From a virus, in the IMG/VR virus record IMGVR_UViG_3300027743_000002, positions 10,679 through 74,678 of that record: a stretch of DNA of 64,000 bases. One strand, given 5' to 3'. Position 1 is the first letter of the stretch, and each line of letters opens with the position of its first letter. Positions 1-8,400 of this stretch are shown piece by piece. The notes beneath the pieces were generated by a model, which was not told the DNA's origin, searched no databases, and saw nothing but the letters and a program-made list of their open reading frames with translations. Both the position numbers and the translations under genes were made by a program.

Positions 1-42
1 GGATGCCCGTGGCGCGTCAAGTGTTAAACGAGACTAAAATCG

Positions 43-71
43 TTGCTAAACAGTCGCATGTGACATAAACT
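43..71 (+). promoter_or_regulatory. sigma70-type promoter, probably leaderless
   Basis: TTGCTA (43-48), 17 bp, TAAACT (66-71), then ATG 8 nt downstream at 80; near-palindrome gtcgcatgtgac in the spacer. Confidence 0.5.
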
Positions 72-79
72 GCGCGGTG

Positions 80-253
80 ATGCCTTACCGGAGCGCAAGT
101 CAAAGAAGATTTTTTCATTCTAGTGGAGCGGCAAAAGCAGGGATTACGCTCAAACAAGTGAAAGAATTTGACGCGGCAAGTAAGGACATGAAATTACCAG
201 AAAAGAAGATTAAAAAGCGTGGCTTGAAGCACGTAAAAATTGGGGGAAAATAA
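80..253 (+). CDS. small basic phage protein (57 aa, not in ORF track)
   Basis: Hand translation MPYRSASQRRFFHSSGAAKAGITLKQVKEFDAASKDMKLPEKKIKKRGLKHVKIGGK; ends 2 nt before the next gene. Confidence 0.7.
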   Translation: MPYRSASQRRFFHSSGAAKAGITLKQVKEFDAASKDMKLPEKKIKKRGLKHVKIGGK

Positions 254-255
254 TT

Positions 256-618
256 ATGCCAGGTCTCACGACGTACACCGCAGATAACAGGCAGACAAGC
301 GCATTGGTCGGCTATGCGATTTTGCAGGCGTTTGTGCAGGGATACCTTACGAACAGCAATGTTACGGGAGCAGCGACCGCAGACGAGTTGATTGCCTTTG
401 TGAACGCTGCCGTGGTTAGCCCTGGTGGGGAATCATTTTCACAGCGCAACGCAATTGCGCGAGCACTTGCCGTAGGAAAAGCACTAGGCGATCTCAGCGA
501 CGCACGAGTGGCTGCTGCAACGAGCGCAAATGACCTTGCTGTGACTTACACATGGGTTTCGTCAGACCCCGCAGCGAGTGTGACGGGTCACTTGGGGCCG
601 AACCTCATAACTGGATAA
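256..618 (+). CDS. hypothetical protein, possibly virion-associated
   Basis: Ala/Thr-rich 120-aa ORF, tightly packed in the operon upstream of the portal. Confidence 0.6.
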   Translation: MPGLTTYTADNRQTSALVGYAILQAFVQGYLTNSNVTGAATADELIAFVNAAVVSPGGESFSQRNAIARALAVGKALGDLSDARVAAATSANDLAVTYTWVSSDPAASVTGHLGPNLITG

Positions 619-623
619 TCGCC

Positions 624-1010
624 ATGGGTGAAATAGATAGTCTAGCCCGCGCCGCGTGGGAAGGAACTCGTTCGGAACACGCTGTCCCTTACGACGAGTT
701 GGAGCCTGCGTATCGAGACAACTTACTTAGACGGGCAGAAGCAGTCTTAGGTGGTGCACCTCCTACAGGCCCGTGGGAAGTCTATGAGAAGCAAGTATGT
801 CAACTGGCCTCAACGAATACGGAAGTTGGTGCAGAGATGGCGATGGCGGCAGAGATTCCTGAAGAAGTAAAAGAGGAATTGGTAGAAGAAGTTCAGGAAG
901 AAGCCAAACCCAAGAAGGTGACAAAGAAAGCCGCGCCAAAGAAAGTGGCTACCAAGAAACCCGTTAAGGTAGTCAAGGCTGTAGCCAAACCCGTAGCGAA
1001 GAAAAAGTGA
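624..1010 (+). CDS. protein with acidic middle and histone-H1-like Lys/Ala/Pro C-terminal tail
   Basis: Likely start MGEIDS at 624; C-terminus KPKKVTKKAAPKKVATKKPVKVVKAVAKPVAKKK. Confidence 0.65.
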   Translation: MGEIDSLARAAWEGTRSEHAVPYDELEPAYRDNLLRRAEAVLGGAPPTGPWEVYEKQVCQLASTNTEVGAEMAMAAEIPEEVKEELVEEVQEEAKPKKVTKKAAPKKVATKKPVKVVKAVAKPVAKKK

Positions 1011-1426
1011 AACGACTATTTCGCATCCTACATTGGCAAGCCCGCTGTCGTTTTTGGCGCAAGCAAGCCGAAGCAGCCAAGCGAGAAGTAGCACGCTTAC
1101 AATTATCTCTCTTAGCTGAAAGATATCGAAATCTCACTAGGGAAGATATGTTTGTAAGTGCGAGCGTGATGGGAGCGAGAGGGATGTATGGGGTTGCCCC
1201 GCGTGGTGGGCCTGCATTGGCGGAACCGACTCAACCCAAAGTTCCCGCAGTTGATCCGTATCAGTTAAGTGGAGCGGACTTGATGGAGTTTGAGACGTTC
1301 TGGAAACCGGACGCAGAAGCAGCAGGGATTTCGCTGATTACAGCCAAGCAAAAGTTTATTCATGAAGTAGTGATACCTCGTCGGGCACCATTACAAGACG
1401 ATCCTTTCAATAGTAGGGCTAACTAA
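1007..1426 (+). CDS. hypothetical protein
   Basis: GTGA overlap with the previous stop; 139 aa. Confidence 0.6.
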   Translation: MKRLFRILHWQARCRFWRKQAEAAKREVARLQLSLLAERYRNLTREDMFVSASVMGARGMYGVAPRGGPALAEPTQPKVPAVDPYQLSGADLMEFETFWKPDAEAAGISLITAKQKFIHEVVIPRRAPLQDDPFNSRAN

Positions 1427-1445
1427 GCCAACAAGTGAGCAGTGA

Positions 1446-4064
1446 TTGAACGATTCCCGTGAGTCCCCTAACTTTACCCCGCTCTCGGTCGCCACGGCTC
1501 GTGGTGCTCAGAATTTCGCGCCTGCCAAACCCATCCATGATGTTCTTCAATCTCGTCAGCTAAGTGAAAAGCGCACACCCTCAAAACTTGAAGCAGGCAT
1601 TAAAGAACTTTACTCCCACTATCTGAATCAAGAAAACGCTGCATGGAACTCAATGATTGGGATGGCCCAATTAGTTTCCTTGTTCAGAAAAGGCCAACAA
1701 TTACTACAACGCCGACCCTTTGGTGCCCCAGGATACTACGTTAGACCACTCACCGACAACGATGACACGGTAATGAAGCAGACAGCGATGAACCTGATGG
1801 GGTTCTTTTCGCAAGCATGTGAATCGAAAGTCATTGCTTCTAATCCGAACGTGAACATGCGCCCTGGGGATGATACACCGGAAGCCATTGCTGCCGCGCA
1901 AGCGTGTCGTCCCGTCGTGGATTACTACGAAACTGAGTGGTACACCGTCCCTTTTGTGCGCCGTGAAGCAATTCGCTTTTTGACTGATGGAGTAGTGATT
2001 CATCAGGTGCGGTGGAATCCGTTTCTTGGGGGCTACGAAGTCAATGAGCGAGAAGTTACGCATGAAGATGTGACGATTGACGAAGGTGGTGGTCAATGTC
2101 TTGATTGCCAATTTGAAGGCTCGCACGAAGCGTTTCAAGGCGAGTATTCAGCGCAATGTCCTGAGTGTGAAAGTCCGGCGGTAGATGTAAGAGACCCGAT
2201 AAAGCAGAAGTTGGCAAGGATCGGGATGGGCCAATCGAAGCCCGTAGGTGAGCCGGAAATCGTTTCATCTGCTTTCGCGTCGTGGCGTTGGGACTTGACG
2301 AAGGATTTGGAGTTATCGACGTGGGCGATTAAGCGGCAGTACATCGGACAAGGCGCAATCAAGTTGATGCTTGGGGATGTGACTATCCCTGATTCACAGA
2401 GTTCCGAATCTCACGGTCTGGACGTGATGTACGCCCTCGCTTATTCAGGTCAGGCGTTCGCTGGAACTAGTAGTTCTCAGTACACAAACACATCGTTAGT
2501 TGATAAGAAGCCGACGTTAGCAGAGTTTTGGTTAAGCCCTGAAGACCAAGCCATGATTGAGACTGAAGGGGGCGAGACAATCTGCGGGCAGACGCTTCCC
2601 AAAGGTCGCTTAAGTGAATTCTTTGGTGGCAAACCAATCTGTGTAGTGGGCTTGAACGATATGTCCCTGATTGTCGGGATGTATGCGAACGAGTCTCAGC
2701 AAAAGGAAGTAGTCACCGCTCAGTGGTTCATGGATGCGGATTCAGGTGCAGGGCGCGGCATGGAAGATACCGCAGCCGTACAGCGCAGATTCAACGCAGT
2801 CGATGGTCAGATTTATCAAGGGCTTGCAACTACAGCAACTCCCGCTGTGTTTACGGATATGTCGTTGATTAAGGAAGATCAGGGAAGATACTTGTTTGCC
2901 CCAGGTCATAACATTGATATTTCACTGGCGTTGCTACCGCCGAACATGAAGTTGCAGGATGCGATTTATGTTGGAAATCCTGGGGCGGTGAGTCAACAGT
3001 TTGTTCAGTACGGCTCTCAGTTCTTGCGCGAGATGGCGCAGATTTCCAGTCTTGTCACAGAGTTCACGAATGGCTTGATTGGAGTGGATAACCGCACTGC
3101 AACAGGTGCACAGATTACGGCACAGTTAGCGAACTCGTTGTATGGCCCAATGCTGGCAAGTAAAGGTCAGATGAGAGTTGATATTGCGAAGAAGATCGTT
3201 CGGTTGGTGGCGGAACATGACTTCTCAGGCAGGTACTATCCAGGCAAAGGCGCAGCCAAGGGCAGAATGGTTAGTGGGCAGGATTTGAAGTCGAAAGTGG
3301 TCTTTGAGTTAGTGCCTAACAGCGAGTTGCCTGTAAGTCCCTTTACTGAGCAGACAGACATTAGAGTGTTTGGAGAGTCTTTTGGGGGACTTTTAGGTGC
3401 AGCTCAGTTACAAGCACAGTTTCCACGCTTCTTTAAGGCGGTAGCAAAGCCGTTTAACATTCAATTTGATGATGAGAGTGATGACGATGTGAGCACGTTG
3501 TGTCTCAAGCGACTTGAAAGTATGAGAATGAACCTTGAGTCAGGTGTGACTGACCCTGCGGTGTTAGTGCAGATGGTCAAGCCTCCCGTGAGTAAGGTAG
3601 AGCCGAAACATGCTGAGAAAGCGGAATGGTACAGCGACTATTTAGACTTGGAGAGAGGTCAAACTGCCCCGTTGGAATTACGTGAAGCGATTGAGCAAAT
3701 GTATTGGTCTCATCTAAATCTCCAAGTTGAGAAGTCAATGCCTCAATCCTTTAATCAAGGTTTAATCGGTGCGGCGGGTGCTGCGCCTGCTGCGATTGGT
3801 TCAGCCTTACTGCAAGGTCAAGAGCAGCAAGCAGAACCAGCGGTTGAGGACAAGAGTGAAGAATTGGAAGCGAAAGTTGCGATTGAGGAAATGAAGACAA
3901 AGAAAGACCTCGAACTCAAGCAGATGGAGACGGAGACGCAAAAACAAGTCGCGTTAATTCAGGGACAGAGTGCCCTTGCTAACACAAAACTTGCGGGTGA
4001 GAATCAGTTGAAGGTGGCTAAAGCCAAGCCAAAGGTAAAACCCGCAGCAAGGAAGTCGGCATAG
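1446..4064 (+). CDS. portal protein (P22-like) with Zn-ribbon insertion and coiled-coil C-terminus
   Basis: 872 aa; portal-like segments (NVNMRPGDDTPEAIAAA, RTATGAQI), CLDC...CPEC insert, Q/E/K-rich C-terminal tail; first large gene of the virion module. Confidence 0.75.
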   Translation: MNDSRESPNFTPLSVATARGAQNFAPAKPIHDVLQSRQLSEKRTPSKLEAGIKELYSHYLNQENAAWNSMIGMAQLVSLFRKGQQLLQRRPFGAPGYYVRPLTDNDDTVMKQTAMNLMGFFSQACESKVIASNPNVNMRPGDDTPEAIAAAQACRPVVDYYETEWYTVPFVRREAIRFLTDGVVIHQVRWNPFLGGYEVNEREVTHEDVTIDEGGGQCLDCQFEGSHEAFQGEYSAQCPECESPAVDVRDPIKQKLARIGMGQSKPVGEPEIVSSAFASWRWDLTKDLELSTWAIKRQYIGQGAIKLMLGDVTIPDSQSSESHGLDVMYALAYSGQAFAGTSSSQYTNTSLVDKKPTLAEFWLSPEDQAMIETEGGETICGQTLPKGRLSEFFGGKPICVVGLNDMSLIVGMYANESQQKEVVTAQWFMDADSGAGRGMEDTAAVQRRFNAVDGQIYQGLATTATPAVFTDMSLIKEDQGRYLFAPGHNIDISLALLPPNMKLQDAIYVGNPGAVSQQFVQYGSQFLREMAQISSLVTEFTNGLIGVDNRTATGAQITAQLANSLYGPMLASKGQMRVDIAKKIVRLVAEHDFSGRYYPGKGAAKGRMVSGQDLKSKVVFELVPNSELPVSPFTEQTDIRVFGESFGGLLGAAQLQAQFPRFFKAVAKPFNIQFDDESDDDVSTLCLKRLESMRMNLESGVTDPAVLVQMVKPPVSKVEPKHAEKAEWYSDYLDLERGQTAPLELREAIEQMYWSHLNLQVEKSMPQSFNQGLIGAAGAAPAAIGSALLQGQEQQAEPAVEDKSEELEAKVAIEEMKTKKDLELKQMETETQKQVALIQGQSALANTKLAGENQLKVAKAKPKVKPAARKSA

Positions 4065-4066
4065 TC

Positions 4067-5428
4067 ATGGCCTTTACTGACAGACTACGGAAACGAATCA
4101 GCAGCCCCGTTGGATTTGCGGGCGGCACGTTGGAAGAACAACTTCTGCGAGCCGCGCAAGGGGATCAAGCCACAGCCCCACAACCTGAACGCGGTGGGTT
4201 TATTCGTGAACCACAGCCAACGATGGCTGAGTCTGCAATGGCTCGTGTTGTTGAACCACAACCTGCTCCCGCGTTAGCGCAGCCGATGGCGCGTTCGCGT
4301 TCGTTCAAGGATGCATTATCACGACCAACGCAAGCCCCAACGGGCAGTTTTGAGCCACCACAGCCCACTCAAACAACGGACTTAGGACAAGGAAGGACGT
4401 TTACCGAAGGCGGTACGGACGATGTACGTGGCCGACGCGCTGAACCACGAGACTTCATTGCTGATGATGAAGCGTATTTGCGCGATTTGAGAAACAAACC
4501 CCGCACTTGGCGAGACAAGTTAGTAGACGTGACAGACGCTCTCAATGTGGTAGCAGGGGGACAGAAAAGAATTCTCCCAACCAAGCGAGAGCGAGAAATT
4601 GGAGAGGTAGAGAACAGAATTGGACAAGGGTTGGCGATAGACAGATCACGACTTCCCAAAGCAAGTGAGCGGGGGCAAATATCCACACGGGTTGTGAATG
4701 AAGGTGAGTATCCCGATGTGGAAGCAGGAACAGAGATTCGGGTACGAATTGATCCGCGCACGGGTGAACCTACAGACATGATAGGGGCGAATAAACGCCC
4801 TGTGGTAGCGGGTCTCCCGAAAAAGGGAGCAGAGCGAGCACCCCACTACGATAAGGACGCAGAGGGCTACTTAATCACCGTACAAGATGGTAAGTCGAAG
4901 CGGGTCGTGAATGAAAAGGGTGAACCCGTCCAAGTGAAAAAGAGTGGTGACGAAGAATTCGTGGAAGTGGAAGTCAATGGACGGAAACTGAAGGTCACTC
5001 CTGCACAAGCATTGAACTACTACGGGCAAACGGGAGAGCAGGAAATCAAACGCACGGCAGCACAGCGAGAGGCGTTAGCCAAGCGAACAGCAAAGTTGAA
5101 TGAGTCATCGACACTCTACAAGAAGGCTGACAACTTAGCGGAAGAAGCAAAGAAGTTACATGGACAACCCGATCCCTACGGTGACGTTGCGAAGCGCATC
5201 ATGGAGTACGAGAAGGAAGCGCGAGACTTGCGCGTTAAGGGTGATGCGGCGCGGGCTGACGGAGAAGCGATTCCGGTTGCCACAGAGCAACCACCAGCAG
5301 CGACGGGTGGCAAGTACGCAGGACAGAGAATCGCCACCACGAAACTCGCAGACGCAGCCAAGCGGTTGAACATGACCATCGAGAAGGTCAAAGAATATCT
5401 TCAAAGTGAAGGTGCTGAGATATATTGA
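4067..5428 (+). CDS. putative internal virion/DNA ejection protein
   Basis: 453 aa, charged and low-complexity, immediately upstream of the large SLT-containing protein. Confidence 0.5.
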   Translation: MAFTDRLRKRISSPVGFAGGTLEEQLLRAAQGDQATAPQPERGGFIREPQPTMAESAMARVVEPQPAPALAQPMARSRSFKDALSRPTQAPTGSFEPPQPTQTTDLGQGRTFTEGGTDDVRGRRAEPRDFIADDEAYLRDLRNKPRTWRDKLVDVTDALNVVAGGQKRILPTKREREIGEVENRIGQGLAIDRSRLPKASERGQISTRVVNEGEYPDVEAGTEIRVRIDPRTGEPTDMIGANKRPVVAGLPKKGAERAPHYDKDAEGYLITVQDGKSKRVVNEKGEPVQVKKSGDEEFVEVEVNGRKLKVTPAQALNYYGQTGEQEIKRTAAQREALAKRTAKLNESSTLYKKADNLAEEAKKLHGQPDPYGDVAKRIMEYEKEARDLRVKGDAARADGEAIPVATEQPPAATGGKYAGQRIATTKLADAAKRLNMTIEKVKEYLQSEGAEIY

Positions 5429-5431
5429 GCA

Positions 5432-8400
5432 ATGCCGAACACTCCTGATCTCACCGATCTGTTCGACAAGCCCAACCCACGCACGCGGGTTCATTCCATA
5501 GCGTCTAAAGCAGGACTTCCCCCCGACATTGCCGACGATTACCTACGACTCACCAAGATTGAATCGGGACATAACACTAACGTCCGCGATTCCAGCAAAG
5601 GAGCGCAGGGCTTTGGTCAGGTAATGCCTGACGTGAAGGGCGGCACGACGCGCACGGTTGGCGGGAAACGCTATAACTTGCGGAATGCAGATGAAAACAT
5701 CGAAGCAGGAATTCGCTATTTCGCAGAAGGGGGCAATGACCCCGTAGCGCGACGATTACATTACTTCGGTGGCCCAAAAGCGAAACAGCGTTACGAGCGC
5801 ACGGGCAAGATGCCTAACATCTCTGATGGCAATATGACCGCCGCACAGTATGTGAAAGCAACGGGCGGAAATCAGAAACCGCAGTCGGCATCTCCTGATT
5901 TATCGGACTTGTTCGACAAACCTTCGGGACAGACCCAACCTGCCACGTCAAAGCAAAACCGTGTCAACAACCTACCCCCAACTCCAGCTACAACCCCCGT
6001 TAGTTCACGGCAACAGTCTGTCCCTAAGCAACCAATTCAGCGACGTGGGCCAACGAATCCGTTTGACTTCCAACGTCCCGCGCCAAGATTGGAAGTCGGA
6101 GCAAAAGTAGGCGGCCCACAAGCGTCTCAGGGTGTAGGTGATCTACGCCGCCAAGATGAGCGAGACTTAGCCCGTATGAGCCGTATTCGAGGCCAAGTGA
6201 CTTCAGAGCAGACGGACGCGGAGCAACAGATGGGTCGTGCTCCAAACACTGCTCAAGCGCGTCTATTTGACCCGAAACTGAATGTTGATGAAGAAGTGCT
6301 GAAACGCATCAGTCAAGAGCAAGACACTGAGAAGGCCCAAGCAGACGCGCAAGCCGAACAGCAAAGACTCATTGGACAGTTCACCGATGCAGATCGCGCA
6401 GAAATAGCCGACTTCACGAATCACCTTCAAGGCAAAGGGGGAGTCTATTCAGGAATCCGTGCAGGTATTCGACGTGGTGGTTCATCTGCTCTCTACAAAC
6501 TCGCTGGACTTGCGGAAATTGGGAATCAAGTAGCCAAGAGAACAGTTGGAGAGTCGTGGATACCTGACTATTTGCGGAAGAAGGCTCTCGCGGGAGAGTT
6601 GTCAGTCAACGACATTCCTGAAGACAAACGGAATCAGCTCGCGGAGTTTCTAGCGCAATCAGGAGTGGGGTTAGCCGAACTCGCAGCAGCTCCAGGTTCG
6701 ATTACCACGAAGTTTGCAGGTATGGCGGGAAGCGAAGCGTTGGGTCGAAATCTTCCTGCTAAAGAAGTCGCCCGTGAGACCGCTAAAGGCGCGGCGATGG
6801 GGGCGGTACAGAAGTACGGCGAAGGACTCGCGCCTGCAAGCGCAGGACGATTCAAACGTGCAGCGGTGAGTGCTCCTGCGGTTGGGATCGGAAGTGGTGC
6901 AGTTGAGTTAGCAACGGGAGCTACGCCACGAGAAGCAGCTTTGAGCGCGGTGACGAACGCGGCCTTTCAAGGGGGTGGTGAGATGTTACGCCGAACCCCG
7001 CAAAGGAGATTAAGTGAAGCAGAAGCAGCACCCAAGCAAGAGGTTAATGTCCCTGAGCGTCCAGAAACGATTGCGGCGCAACTAGCAGCCGTACAGCAAG
7101 GCACTAGACCCGCAGTCTTGGTGACGAGAGGTGAGAAACAACCCAACACTCCTAGGGGAATGAGCGCGGTCAGAACAAGTGAAGGAACCTTCTATTACGA
7201 TCCGAAGCAGGTTAGTCGGGAAACCTTACTTGCCAAAGTGAAGGATGGGACTTACGGCGAAGTTCTCGGACACATAGAACCTAAATCAGCAGCGACTACA
7301 GAAGCAGTTGTAGCGCGTGCTGCTGATGGAACTGAAGTACAAGCCTCAGCGGTGTCACCTGAGAACGTAGCGAAGCAAGCTGAAGTGTTACAAGCGCAGC
7401 ATCCTGAAGCCACGATTGAAACGGGTGGTAATGAATTAGCGCAGAAGGTCATTCAGGATCGGGTTGCACCTGAAGTAAGAGGCTTTGATGATGTTCCTTT
7501 AACTGAGCGAGAAAGAGCGGAACTCGACACTTATTTTGATGTGGAATCGAGAATTCCTGAAAGTGAGAGAGTACCACCTAAGCCCGCAAAGATAGACATT
7601 CTGGGAGAGACTGAAGTAGCCCCGAAACCTCTTGCGCGCCGAGAATTATTGGAACTTACGGACGCAGAGTTGGATGTTCGTGAGTCGCCTGTGCCGAAAG
7701 GAATGACACGTTTGTATCGTGGCGGCGTAGAAGGGAATTGGTTTTCGTCGGAGCGTGATACGGCGCGATTTCACTTGGATAATGCGACGGGGCGCAAACC
7801 AACGCTGCGTTATGTGGATGTACCAACTGCTGATTTAGCGAAATACGACGCCTTTGAACATCCCCGCGTAGTATCGGGCCGCGAACAAGCGGAAGCGGGT
7901 GATTACATTTTACCAAAAGAACTAACCGCGCAAGCACGAGACTTGGCGACTGAGACAGCACCTACAGAAGTAGCACCTATTGAGCCAGTAGTAGCTAAAC
8001 CTAAAACTCCAGTTACGGAAACACCTGTTACACCAGAGACACCAAGAGCAGCAACGGAACCACGAGAACCATCCACAACTTCTGCTCGTAAAGCGCAGAT
8101 GGCCCAAGATCGCGCCGAATTAGATTTGCCCGAACTTGACCCAACAGAACGAAAGACTTGGCGCACAACGCTCGACAACGCAAAAGAGCGTGGACTAGAT
8201 AAGCGCGGCGACATGCTGGCCGATGAGGTCTTAAAGAAGCGTCGTGCCCTTGACGATGAAGAAACCGCAGGCGTGGTACTCCGCACGCAAGAACTCAAGA
8301 ACCAACACAACCAACTCCTCAAAGAGATAGCCGAAAGCAAGGATGAAGTAGACATACTTCGTAAAGGCGCAGAGTTGAAACTAATTGAAGATCGCTTTGA

